Under the pieces are notes generated by a model. The model had not been told where the DNA came from and did not search any database. It saw only the letters and a program-made list of their open reading frames with translations. Below, piece after piece: positions 21,039 to 31,100 of a stretch of DNA of 64,000 nucleotides (within the stretch, counting starts at the first letter, position 1; every line of letters starts with the position of its first letter). The DNA is from Gemmatimonas sp. GTDB taxonomy: Bacteria > Gemmatimonadota > Gemmatimonadetes > Gemmatimonadales > Gemmatimonadaceae. Both the position numbers and the translations under genes were made by a program. The DNA is taken from assembly GCA_965279375.1 (NCBI GenBank), contig OZ257156.1, forward strand, positions 1,056,001-1,120,000, read 5' to 3'.

Positions 21039-21353
21039 TTAAGCCTCCAGTTGAGCGCGTCGCGAAAAGGCGATCAGTCGCCAATACAACGCCCGAATCT
21101 CGTCGTCGGGCAGTCCGACTTCGCGCGCCAGTGCCGAGGCGCGCGCAACGACGGCCGCCTCGCGTGCCGGATCGGTGATCGGCTGCCCCATGGCCGTCTT
21201 CACGCGCCCAACGGCGCGTGAAAGGGCCATGCGTTCGGCGATCGCGTTGATGATCGTCGCATCGACGCGCTCGATCTCCGCGCGCAGCTCGGCCAGCGTG
21301 CGCTCGCGCGGCGCAGGCGCCGGCTTTCGCTCGGGTAGCAGCGCGGCGCTCAT
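21039..21353 (-). CDS. Chorismate mutase (AroQ/CM_2)
   Basis: LAELRAEIERVD...ERM...VGRVK...ITDPARE; ATGA overlap with aroF stop. Confidence 0.88.
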   Translation of the reverse strand: MSAALLPERKPAPAPRERTLAELRAEIERVDATIINAIAERMALSRAVGRVKTAMGQPITDPAREAAVVARASALAREVGLPDDEIRALYWRLIAFSRRAQLEA

Positions 21354-22408
21354 GCCGCGCTCCGCGCAGCGATACCCGCATCCACGCACACGTCGCGCCC
21401 CACCGCGTTGGCGACTGCCTTGAGCTGATGCATCATCGCCGCAAATGCAGCCGGCTCCTGTGACTGTTCGCCGTCGGAACGCGCCTTCGCTGGATTCGGA
21501 TGCACTTCCACGATCAAGCCGTCCGCGCCGGCCGCAATGGCGGCCATCGCCAACGGTGCGACGAGATCGGCGCGTCCGCCTGCGTGACTCGGATCCACGA
21601 TCACGGGCAGATGCGTCTCGCGCTTGAGCACCGGAATCGCCGCCACGTCCATCGTATTGCGAGTCGCCGTTTCGTACGTGCGAATGCCGCGCTCGCAGAG
21701 CATCACATCACCGTTCCCCTGCGCCATGATGTACTCGGCGGCCATCAGCAACTCGGTGATGGTGCCCGAGAGGCCGCGCTTGAGCAGGACTGGACGCTGC
21801 ACCTTTCCGACTTCGGTGAGCAGCGGGAAGTTCTGCATGTTGCGCGCCCCGATCTGCAGCACGTCGGCGTAGGCGGCCACCAGCTCCACCTGTCGCGGGT
21901 CCATCACCTCGGTCACGATCGGCATCCCCGTTTCGGCGCGCACATCGGCGAGCAGTTGAAGACCCGGCTCGCCCATGCCCTGGAAAGCGTATGGCGAGCT
22001 GCGCGGCTTGAAGGCGCCGCCGCGGAGCATGCGGGCACCGGCCGCCTGAACCGCGTGCGCGGTCTCATGCAGCATCTCTCGTCCTTCCACCGAGCACGGT
22101 CCGGCAATCACCACGATCTCGCGTCCGCCAATCACGGTCTTGGCGGGGTCGCCGAAGCGAATGTGCGTGTTGCTCAGCGAGTACTCGCGCGAGGCCAGCT
22201 TGTACGGCTTGGTCACCGGCATCACCCGCTCGACACCGGGGAGCGCGGCCAGCGCCATCTCGTGCAGCTTGGCCTCCTCGCCGATGCAGCCGACGATGGT
22301 GCGCTGGTCACCACGGCTGACGTGGGCGCGGAGACCCGCTTGCTCGACGTACTCGACAATGCGGTCGAGGGCGTCCTGGGAAATGTTGGCGGCGGTCACG
22401 ATGATCAT
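21350..22408 (-). CDS. aroF: DAHP synthase, type I-beta, with N-terminal regulatory domain
   Basis: [58 protein letters not shown]. Confidence 0.95.
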   Translation of the reverse strand: MIIVTAANISQDALDRIVEYVEQAGLRAHVSRGDQRTIVGCIGEEAKLHEMALAALPGVERVMPVTKPYKLASREYSLSNTHIRFGDPAKTVIGGREIVVIAGPCSVEGREMLHETAHAVQAAGARMLRGGAFKPRSSPYAFQGMGEPGLQLLADVRAETGMPIVTEVMDPRQVELVAAYADVLQIGARNMQNFPLLTEVGKVQRPVLLKRGLSGTITELLMAAEYIMAQGNGDVMLCERGIRTYETATRNTMDVAAIPVLKRETHLPVIVDPSHAGGRADLVAPLAMAAIAAGADGLIVEVHPNPAKARSDGEQSQEPAAFAAMMHQLKAVANAVGRDVCVDAGIAARSAA

Positions 22409-22465
22409 CGAGCTCCTCTGGGGATTGGGTATCCGCGGGACTCGTGCAGGCCGGGCCGCAAACGA

Positions 22466-22497
22466 CGCGAGGCCCGTGCTTTTGCACAGGCCTCGCG
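22466..22497 (-). terminator. Attenuator hairpin in the aroF leader
   Basis: Minus strand CGCGAGGCCUGUGC-AAAA-GCACGGGCCUCGCG (14 bp, one G-U pair) followed by UCGUUU. Confidence 0.7.
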
Positions 22498-22517
22498 GTA
22501 GTCAGGATTCTCAGCGC

Positions 22518-22601
22518 TTAGTCGCGCGCAGTCCGATCGCCGTGGCCCATGCTGGACGGCGTAAAATAAAATCGGCTGGCGGAGTAGAGCGCGGAGTTCA
22601 C
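22518..22601 (-). CDS. Putative leaderless Phe/Tyr leader peptide (27 aa)
   Basis: GTG..TAA ORF MNSALYSASRFYFTPSSMGHGDRTARD; TTT-TAT-TTT codons stand out in GC-rich DNA. Confidence 0.75.
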   Translation of the reverse strand: MNSALYSASRFYFTPSSMGHGDRTARD

Positions 22602-22607
22602 GACCGC

Positions 22608-22636
22608 AGCCTAGGGCGCCAACGCGATTCTGTCAA
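22608..22636 (-). promoter_or_regulatory. Sigma70-type promoter of the aroF operon
   Basis: TTGACA (22636-22631), 17-nt spacer, TAGGCT (22613-22608); leader GTG follows after 6 nt. Confidence 0.8.
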
Positions 22637-22649
22637 TATCTTTGCCCGC

Positions 22650-23249
22650 ATGCACGAATCCGCCGCAATCCCCGCCAGCGACGGCGCGTCCAACGCGCCG
22701 AGCGTTGCGTTTCAGGGAGAACTCGGCGCGTTCAGTGAGCTCGCCATTCGAACGTACTGGCCACACGGTGCGGTCGCGGTACCCTGCGCGACCTTCCCAG
22801 ACGCGATCGCTTGCGTGGTCGCGGGCGAGGCGGAGTTCGCGGTGATTCCGGTGGAGAATGCCATCGCCGGTATGGTGCACGCGGGACGAAAGGCGCTGGC
22901 GGACGCCGCCGATCAGATCGTGCAGCGCCACGAGGTGCGTGTCCCCATTCATCTGTGTCTCATGGCACCACGCGGAGCGTCGCTCGCTGAGCTTCGCGTG
23001 GTGCGCAGTCATCCGGTCGCCCTTGCGCAGTGTCGCATCTTTTTTGCGCGGCACGGCTGGCTGGAGCCTACTCCGCACGCAGACACGGCGGGAGCTGCGC
23101 GTGATGTCGGCGCGCGCGGCGATCGCACCGAAGGCGCCGTCGCTGGTGAAGCGGCCGCAACACGATACGGATTGGACATCATTGCGCGACATGTTGAAGA
23201 CGTGCCGGCCAACTGGACTCGTTTCGTCATCGTCAGCGCCACCGCGTGA
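22650..23249 (+). CDS. pheA: Prephenate dehydratase, catalytic domain only
   Basis: VAFQGELGAFSE, VIPVENAIAG, SHPVALAQC, DTAGAA, NWTRF; ends without an ACT domain. Confidence 0.9.
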   Translation: MHESAAIPASDGASNAPSVAFQGELGAFSELAIRTYWPHGAVAVPCATFPDAIACVVAGEAEFAVIPVENAIAGMVHAGRKALADAADQIVQRHEVRVPIHLCLMAPRGASLAELRVVRSHPVALAQCRIFFARHGWLEPTPHADTAGAARDVGARGDRTEGAVAGEAAATRYGLDIIARHVEDVPANWTRFVIVSATA

Positions 23250-23313
23250 GTCGGCATCGCCGCGCACGCGTCCCTCTTAGAGCACTGTGCGAAAGCACTG
23301 TACTGGAGTTTTC

Positions 23314-25080
23314 GTGAAGAGACCCTCGTTGCCGCGCGACGCTCGCCTCGTACTGTCCGCATCCGTTGCCGCGGGCGCGCTCCTGCTGCTCGCCACGACG
23401 TTGCGTGCGCAGACGGCACCCAAGCGCGCGCCAGTTCCCGCAGCGTTCGCTCCCATCACGCGCGGCATCGCCGGCGAACTCTCAGGCGATCGCGCGCTGC
23501 GCACGGTGGCGTTCGTGGAGCAGTTCTTTCGTCTGCCGGGCAATCGCGGTTTCGACGCGTCCATCGATACCGTTGCCGCGCTGCTCAATGCGGCCGGCTA
23601 CGTGCTCGAGTCGAACGCCAAGTCCAGCGATCGTCTCGTGTATCGCATCGAGTCGCGCCCCATGAAGGATCCTGCGTGGACCCCGGACGACGCTTCGCTC
23701 ACGATCGTTGGACGCAGCGCGCCGTTGCAGCAGTGGAAGACCAACCACAACATGCTGGCGATCAACTCGTTCTCCACGGCGCCAGGGGGGGTGACGGCAG
23801 CGCTGGTGGATGTCGGTGCTGGCACCGATGCCGATTTCGCCAAGACGGACGTGAAAGGCAAAATCGCGCTCGTCGACGGCAACGCGCGACAGCTGTTCCC
23901 CAAGGCGATGCAGCGCGGCGCTGTCGGCGTGCTCGCCACACAGAAGCTACCGTCCTACAACCAGCAGTCGAAGAACCCCACCTCCATTCAGTTCACCGGC
24001 ATCTCACGCGATACTGTCGCGCAGGGATGGTTGATCTTCGTCTCCTCGGCGTCGCGTGATTCGCTGCGTGCTGCACTGGCAGCGGGCCCGGTGCAGGTGA
24101 ACGCGATGGTGCGTGCACGCTTCGAAACTCGTCCTGAGCAGACGATCGTCGCGGAGATTCGCGGCAGCAGTGCGCCGAATGAACGGTTTGTGTACTCGGC
24201 ACACGTGCAGGAGCCGGGCGCCAACGACAACGCGTCGGGTGTGGGGTTGCTCGCCGAAATCGCGCGCACGGCGGCGGTGCTGGTGAAGAGTGGCCGCGCC
24301 AACCCCGCCCGTACGCTCACGTTCCTCTGGGGCGACGAGATTCGCTCCACTGGCCGCTTCCTCGCGGAAGACAGCGTGCGACGCAGCGGTGTGAAGTGGG
24401 GCATGTCGCTCGACATGGTGGGCGAGAACACCGCCAAGACCGGCGGCACGTTTCTCATCGAGAAGATGCCTGATCCGTCGGCGGTGTGGGTGCGCGGCGA
24501 AGACCAGCACACCGAATGGGGCGGACGTCCGCTCACGGTGGACGAGATTCGTCCGTACTGGTTCAACGACTTCGTGCGCCAGCGCTGCCTCGATCGCGCG
24601 GCAACCAACGGCTGGGTCGTGAAGGCCAACCCGTTCGAGGGCGGCAGCGACCACACGCCGTTCCTCACCAACAAGATTCCGGCTGTGTTGTTGTGGCACT
24701 TCACCGATCAGTTCTACCACACCGATCTCGATCGCATCGAGATGGTGAGTGCCTCCACACTCGGCAACGTCGGCAACTGTGCGTTAGCCACGGGATTGCT
24801 GCTCGTGCAGGGTTCGCCAGCCATCGCCACGGCGGCGCTGAGCGAGATCGTCGCTGTCGCGGAGCGCGAGCTGGCCACGCAGGGCGCGCTCTCCTCGGCC
24901 GCCATCAAGGGCGGCGCTGACGCGAGCAAGGAGCGCCCGATCATCGATGCGTGGCGCGACTACTACGTGACCGCGCTCTCCAAGGTGCCGGAGATCGCCG
25001 TGACGCCGGGTGCGATGGACGCCGCCGTAGCTGCGGCACAGGAGCGGGTGAAGAAGGCGGCGGCCTCCGTCCGACCATAG
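23314..25080 (+). CDS. M28-family metallopeptidase with PA domain
   Basis: Signal peptide; SAHVQEPGANDNASG, WGDE, LDMVG, GGSDH, YHTDLD. Confidence 0.88.
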   Translation: MKRPSLPRDARLVLSASVAAGALLLLATTLRAQTAPKRAPVPAAFAPITRGIAGELSGDRALRTVAFVEQFFRLPGNRGFDASIDTVAALLNAAGYVLESNAKSSDRLVYRIESRPMKDPAWTPDDASLTIVGRSAPLQQWKTNHNMLAINSFSTAPGGVTAALVDVGAGTDADFAKTDVKGKIALVDGNARQLFPKAMQRGAVGVLATQKLPSYNQQSKNPTSIQFTGISRDTVAQGWLIFVSSASRDSLRAALAAGPVQVNAMVRARFETRPEQTIVAEIRGSSAPNERFVYSAHVQEPGANDNASGVGLLAEIARTAAVLVKSGRANPARTLTFLWGDEIRSTGRFLAEDSVRRSGVKWGMSLDMVGENTAKTGGTFLIEKMPDPSAVWVRGEDQHTEWGGRPLTVDEIRPYWFNDFVRQRCLDRAATNGWVVKANPFEGGSDHTPFLTNKIPAVLLWHFTDQFYHTDLDRIEMVSASTLGNVGNCALATGLLLVQGSPAIATAALSEIVAVAERELATQGALSSAAIKGGADASKERPIIDAWRDYYVTALSKVPEIAVTPGAMDAAVAAAQERVKKAAASVRP

Positions 25081-25288
25081 CGCCGCGTCTCCCGTGAAAG
25101 ACACGACCAATAGCGCATCTTCGCGTCTGACTTCGGACACACGGGGTGTGGTGGTTCCCCCCACAGCAGGGCAAGCGTTCGCCGGATTGTCGACAAAGTT
25201 GCTTCACGACACCGTGAGGCCGTCGGCAATCGCCGAGTGAATGGCCCCACGCGCGAGATGCAGCGCGCCCTGCAGGAGAGAGTCCGAG

Positions 25289-26698
25289 ATGTCCAACGTG
25301 CGCGTTGCCACACCGCGTGAGTTCGTGTCGTATAGATCGAAACCGACGCAGGTCCCCAAGGTCTCGCAGACGCTTCTCAATCGCTACGACGTCTCGGTCC
25401 CTCGCTACACGAGCTACCCCACCGTTCCTGACTGGACGGGCGCGTTTGACGCGCAGATCTGGAAGGGCCATCTGGCGACGCTGGGCACCTCCAATGCCCC
25501 GTTGGCGCTGTACGTCCATCTCCCCTTCTGCGCGTCGCGCTGCCTGTACTGCGGCTGCAACGCTACGGTCACCACGCGCGCCGAAATCGTCGACCGCTAC
25601 CTCAATCGCCTCGAGCGCGAGATCGGCATGGTCGCCGAATCGATCGGCACGAGCCCGCGCATCGCCGAGATGCATTGGGGTGGCGGCACACCCAACTTCC
25701 TCAACGAAGCACAGATCGATCGGCTCTGCACACTGTTGCGTCGCAACTTCGCCATCGACGCACGCACCGAGATGTCGATCGAGGCGGACCCGCGCCTGGT
25801 GACCAAGAGCCAGCTCGTGCGCCTGCGCCAGCTCGGCTTCTCGCGCATCAGCTTCGGCGTGCAAGATCTTGATCCCGTCGTGCAGGAAGCGATTGGCCGC
25901 GTGCAACCGGAAGCGCTCGTCACCGAGGTCGTGCAACAGGCGCGCGACGTGGGCTTCAGCGGCATCAACCTCGATCTCATCTACGGACTGCCAGCACAAA
26001 CGTCCGAGAGCTTCGCGCACACCGTCGAAGCGGCGATCGGCCTCAACCCCGATCGCGTCGCCTGCTTTGGCTATGCGCACCTGCCGTGGATGCGATCGCA
26101 CCAAAAGCGCATCGACGAATCGCTGCTGCCAACCAACGGCGCACGCTTCGTGCTCTTCCGCAGCGCCGTCGAGCGCTTCGTCGACGCGGGGTACGCCTGG
26201 CTCGGCATCGATCACTTTGCCAAGCCGGAAGATCCACTCGCGCTGGCCGCCGACGCTGGTCGCCTGCATCGCAACTTCATGGGCTACACCACGCGCAGCG
26301 GCGAGCACCTGCTGGGCTTGGGAACGAGCGCGATCTCCGAAGTGAACGGCTGGTTTGCGCAGAACGCGCCGGAACTCGGCGGCTGGCAGCGCGACATCGA
26401 TGCGGGACATCTCCCACTGGCCCGCGGCCACGTCCTCTCGGATGACGACGTGCAGCGCAGCGCTGCCATCGCACACCTGATGTGCAACGCCGAGCTGCCG
26501 TACGACCTGTTCGTGGGAGATACCGCCGCACTCTGCGATCGCTACGAAGCCTTCGCCAACGACGGACTCGTCACCTTCGAAACCGATCGCCTGCTCGTGA
26601 CACCATTGGGCCGCTTCTTCCTGCGCAATCTCTGCGCAGCGCTTGACGCCTATCGCGGCGCGAGCGACGGCTCGCGGCGCTTCTCACGCGCAGTCTGA
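25289..26698 (+). CDS. hemN: Oxygen-independent coproporphyrinogen III oxidase
   Basis: PRYTSYPT, LYVHLPFCASRCLYCGC, HWGGGTP, DLIYGLP.QT, RNFMGY, RFSRAV. Confidence 0.95.
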   Translation: MSNVRVATPREFVSYRSKPTQVPKVSQTLLNRYDVSVPRYTSYPTVPDWTGAFDAQIWKGHLATLGTSNAPLALYVHLPFCASRCLYCGCNATVTTRAEIVDRYLNRLEREIGMVAESIGTSPRIAEMHWGGGTPNFLNEAQIDRLCTLLRRNFAIDARTEMSIEADPRLVTKSQLVRLRQLGFSRISFGVQDLDPVVQEAIGRVQPEALVTEVVQQARDVGFSGINLDLIYGLPAQTSESFAHTVEAAIGLNPDRVACFGYAHLPWMRSHQKRIDESLLPTNGARFVLFRSAVERFVDAGYAWLGIDHFAKPEDPLALAADAGRLHRNFMGYTTRSGEHLLGLGTSAISEVNGWFAQNAPELGGWQRDIDAGHLPLARGHVLSDDDVQRSAAIAHLMCNAELPYDLFVGDTAALCDRYEAFANDGLVTFETDRLLVTPLGRFFLRNLCAALDAYRGASDGSRRFSRAV

Positions 26699-26709
26699 CG
26701 CGTCGTCCC

Positions 26710-27321
26710 ATGCTGCACACAATCAGTACCGCGCAGTTGCCAAGCCGCATCGGCCCGAACGCCATCATTCAAGTCGCGACGGCGCTCCGAGACCGGTTCG
26801 GCGCCACGCTGGCCGAGCCGCTGTTGCTACAGGCGACCGGCTATCGGATGACAGCGCTGCCGTCGGAGATGGTGGACGAGCGCGAAGCACAGGCGCTGGC
26901 CAAGGCCGTAGTGGAGCGCGTCGGACCATGGCTGGGCACGAGCGTGCTGCGCGAGGCGGGCCATCGCACAGGCGACTATCTGCTCGCCAACCGCATCCCG
27001 CAGATCGCGCAGCTGGCGATGCGTCTCGCGCCGAGACACATCGGGCTTTCGTTGTTGCTTGGTGCGATGTCCAAACATGCGTGGACGTTCGCCGGCAGCG
27101 GACACTTTCGCGTGGTGCGTACGTCGGGCGCGCCGGAGCTCGTCTTTGACGACTGTGCCATGTGCCGCGGCATGCATGAGCAGCGGCCAATGTGCGACTT
27201 CTATGCCGGTACCTTCGAGCGACTCATCCAGGCCGTCGTCGCCAAGCACGCCAGCGTGACCGAAGTGGAATGCATGGCCCAAGGCGCCGAGCGGTGCCGC
27301 TTCCAGCTGCACGGGGTCTAA
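26710..27321 (+). CDS. bchJ: BchJ (V4R-domain bacteriochlorophyll biosynthesis protein)
   Basis: RIGPNAIIQ, AG..TGDYLLANRIP, HAWTFAGSG, CDFYAGTFERL, EVECMAQGAERCRF. Confidence 0.9.
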   Translation: MLHTISTAQLPSRIGPNAIIQVATALRDRFGATLAEPLLLQATGYRMTALPSEMVDEREAQALAKAVVERVGPWLGTSVLREAGHRTGDYLLANRIPQIAQLAMRLAPRHIGLSLLLGAMSKHAWTFAGSGHFRVVRTSGAPELVFDDCAMCRGMHEQRPMCDFYAGTFERLIQAVVAKHASVTEVECMAQGAERCRFQLHGV

Positions 27322-27353
27322 CTGCTCGCTGCAGCCGGCCCGTACTTGCGCCG

Positions 27354-28130
27354 CTACGGCTTGAGCAGCTGCCGCAGCAGCACGCCGGGTTCGAGCATCG
27401 TCTCTATGCGCAGCACGGTGCGTGTGATATCGTCCAGCCAGAGGTGGGCATCGTTGTTGCGCCCCAGCTGCACGACCACGTGCACGAGTGCATTCTTGCC
27501 ACGCAACTCGCGATCGGCCACACGCACGGTGTAGCGTCGCAACTGCTGATCCACATCGTAGACCTGAATCACTGCGGCATCGCCCTCCTCGAGCGGAAGC
27601 GACTTCACCGCCAGGTCCCAGTTCGACGCGTCGAAGAACGCATCGCCCATCGTCGTGTCGATCATGCGCGCGGCCTTGGAAGTTGCATCGACTCGTCCCG
27701 CCACACGGGCGCCGTCGAACTCCAGCAGGATCGCGCGCTGTGGCTGCACGCCGTGATGCCAGCGCGGCGCCAGCGTCTGCGCGTCGCTGACAGTGCTGTC
27801 CACATACAATCCGCCGCCACGACGCGACGTCTGCACGCGCCGAATGACTGGCTCGTCCCCGCGAATGGGCAGGATCTCGTCGACGAGTGAGCCGAGCACC
27901 TGCTCCTCACCGTCGCGCAGCACGGACAGCACGTATTCGAATGTGCCGTAGCGGATGCGCGTCGGCTCTACGTTCGGCGAGCCTGGAATCGTCGTTTGTG
28001 CGGCAACTCGCGTTGGTCCCAGCAGTCCGCTGCACAGCGCCACGAGCAAGAGCGCGATGCAACCGAGGCGGGGACGGTTCGGGACGGGCTGACGGATGTG
28101 CATGTCAGTGCGAACGTAGATCATCATCAA
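27354..28130 (-). CDS. Hypothetical secreted beta-rich protein
   Basis: Signal-like hydrophobic segment; alternative ATG at 28103. Confidence 0.65.
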   Translation of the reverse strand: MMMIYVRTDMHIRQPVPNRPRLGCIALLLVALCSGLLGPTRVAAQTTIPGSPNVEPTRIRYGTFEYVLSVLRDGEEQVLGSLVDEILPIRGDEPVIRRVQTSRRGGGLYVDSTVSDAQTLAPRWHHGVQPQRAILLEFDGARVAGRVDATSKAARMIDTTMGDAFFDASNWDLAVKSLPLEEGDAAVIQVYDVDQQLRRYTVRVADRELRGKNALVHVVVQLGRNNDAHLWLDDITRTVLRIETMLEPGVLLRQLLKP

Positions 28131-28182
28131 AAGTTAACCGATCGCGTGCAACTCTTTTTCGCATGCTGACGTCCTATCCGGC

Positions 28183-31100
28183 ATGCGATTTTCGATGCGA
28201 ATCTTCACTATTGCCGTGGTTTCCTGCGCCTTGGCGCGCCCGCTGGCCGCACAGTCCGCCGCCGACCTGATCCGCGGCCGCGTTGTCGATGACTCGAGTC
28301 GAGCGGTGGCGGGAGCGAGCGTGTTCATCACGCGAGGCCCCGATCGACTGGTCCAGCAGACGACCACAGATAGTGCCGGACGCTACCGCAGCCAGTTCGA
28401 GAACGGCACTGGTGACTATCTCGTCTCAGTCTCCGCTCCCGGCCTCAAGGCGGCGCGGCGGCGCGTGCAGCGTGTTGGGACGGAACGCGAGCTGATAGCC
28501 GACTTCATCCTTTCTCGCGATCTGGCCACGCTGGCCGCGGTGAAGGTGACGGCCGAGAAGCCGGTGCGCGCCAGAAACTCGGTGGGCAAGTTCAACACCC
28601 CGGAGCCCGGCGCCAACGAGGCCTGGTCAGGCGGGGTGAATGGACAGGTCGCGCCGGGACAGGCAGGCGACATCAACGCCATCGCCGGCACGGTCCCCGG
28701 CGTAACGATGACCGCCGGCGGACCCTCCATCATGGGCGCACCCAGCTCCTCCAATCTGAACACCCTCAACGGCATGGCACTGCCCGGCGGATCGCTGCCG
28801 CGCGCGGCCCGCACCGAGACCCGCGTCACCGGCGCCACCTTCGATCCCACACGTGGTGGTTTCTCCGGCGCCAACATCGACACGCGCCTCTCCCCGGGCG
28901 ACCGCGACTATCAGCAGCGCAACGCCTACTTCACGCTCGACGCCCCACAGCTCCAGGCCACCGATGCCGTCGGCCGCTCACTCGGCCTGCTCAACCAGAG
29001 CTTCCGTGGCAGCATCGGCGCGGACGGTGAACTGATTCGGAAGACGCTCACCTACAACATCGCCCTCGATCTCTCGCGCAGCAGCAGCGATCCGGCCACC
29101 CTGCTGGGCGGCTCGTCCGACGCCTGGCAGCGCGCCGGCGTCGCGCCAGACTCCGTTAACCGACTGCTGCAGCTCGCCACGGCGGCGCGTATTCCCACCG
29201 GAGGCGGCTCGATTCCCACGTCGCGTCAACGCGACGCCATCAGTTGGCTCGGCCGTCTAGACGATGTGCGCGACTCGCTGCGCACCCTGACGCTGACCAC
29301 GTACGCCAGCCGCAGCAGCGAAGGTGCGCTTGGCTTTGGCCCGCTCGCCACGCCCGCCTCGGGCGGCAGGAACGAAGAGCGGACGATGGGCGGGCAGTTC
29401 ACGCACTCCGTCTACGTGGGACCGGGCCGCTGGGTGCTGATGCAGAACAAGCTGTCGGCGAGCCGAGTGACGCAGCGCTCGACACCGTACCTCGTACTCC
29501 CCGGCGCCACGGTGCTGGTGCGCTCGGCCTCCGACGCCGCCGCCAACGATGTCGCGTCCCTAACCCTCGGCGGCAGTCCGTGGATCGCCACCGATGATGC
29601 GCGCTGGATTGTCGAAGGCTCGAACGAGCTGATCACGAACAAGCGCGGCACCAAGCACCGCTTCAAGTCGCTGCTGTGGGGACGCGCCGATGGACTCAGG
29701 CAGAGCGGACTCCCCAACAGCCTCGGGCAGTACGCGTACAACTCGCTCGCTGACTTCGCGGCCAACCGGCCAGCCTCGTATTCGCGCACAATCAGTCAGC
29801 CGACGCGCAGCGCAGAGTCGTACAATGGCGCGCTGGCCATCGCGCACCAGTGGAACAAGTCGCGCTGGTTCAGCATGCTCTACGGCGCGCGCGTGGAAGC
29901 CAATGCCTTCGGTGGCACGCCCCCGGTGAACAGCGCACTCGATGCCGCACTCGGTGTGCGCAGCGGTGTGGCACCGACACGCGTGCACGTCTCGCCGCGC
30001 ATGGGCTTCTCGTACACGTACAGCCGCGCGAAGGACAACGGCAACGGCATGAGCATGAACCAGCTCGGCTCGTTTCAACGTGCCGTGATGGGCTTCGTGC
30101 GCGGCGGCATCGGTGAGTTCCGCGATCTCTACAAACCCTCCACGCTGGCCGATGCAGTAGCGGGCTCCGGTCTCGTCGGCAGCACACTGGGGCTGTCGTG
30201 CGTGGGCGCTGCGGTCCCGGTGCCCGATTGGAACTCACTCGCCGCCAATCCGGGCGCGCTGCCTACATCGTGCGTCGACGGAACCAGTGCACTCGCGGAA
30301 CGCGCACCCTCAGTCACGCTGATCGATCCGTCGTTCGACGTGCCGCGCAGTTGGCGCGCATCGCTCGGCTGGGCGAGCAGCGTCGGCAAGTGGACCGTGA
30401 AGGTGGACGGCCTCGCGTCCTATGATCTGTCGCAACCCAGCACGCTCGACGCCAACTTCGCCGGTGTGTCGCGCTTTGCACTCAGCAGCGAAGGCGATCG
30501 CGCGATGTTCGTATCGCCCGCCGCGATCGATGCGGTATCGGGTGCAGTGTCGGCACGCGAGTCGCGGCGCTCGAATGCGTTCGGGCGCGTCGCGCAGCGC
30601 ACCAGCGATCTGCGCGGCTACGGTGGGCAGCTCACGGGCACCATAGCGCCCGACGTCTTCAAGTTCCGCTCGAAGCTGCAGGTCTATACATCGGCCTCGT
30701 ACACGCTGCAGCGGCTGCAGCAGCAGTTCCGCGGCTTCGACGGCGCCACCTTCAACGATCCGCGCGCCAAGGAGTGGGCCGTCGGCAGCAACGAGGCGCG
30801 TCACGCGTTTGTGCTGCAAGGTGGTATCGGCATTCCGAAGGTCGGCTTCTTCACGCTCTTCTCGCGCATCCAGTCCGGCATGCCATTCACGCCGCTGGTG
30901 CAGGGCGACATCAACGGCGACGGCCGCGCCAACGATCGCGCCTTCGTGCCCTCACTCGGTGGCACTACCGATCCCGCACTCGCGGCGCAGTTGCGCGCGC
31001 TACTGGCCGCGTCGCCAGGCAATGTGCGCAGCTGTCTCGAGTCGCAGCTTGGCGCCGTGGCAGGCCGCAATAGCTGCCGTGGCGCGTGGACGCAGTCGAT

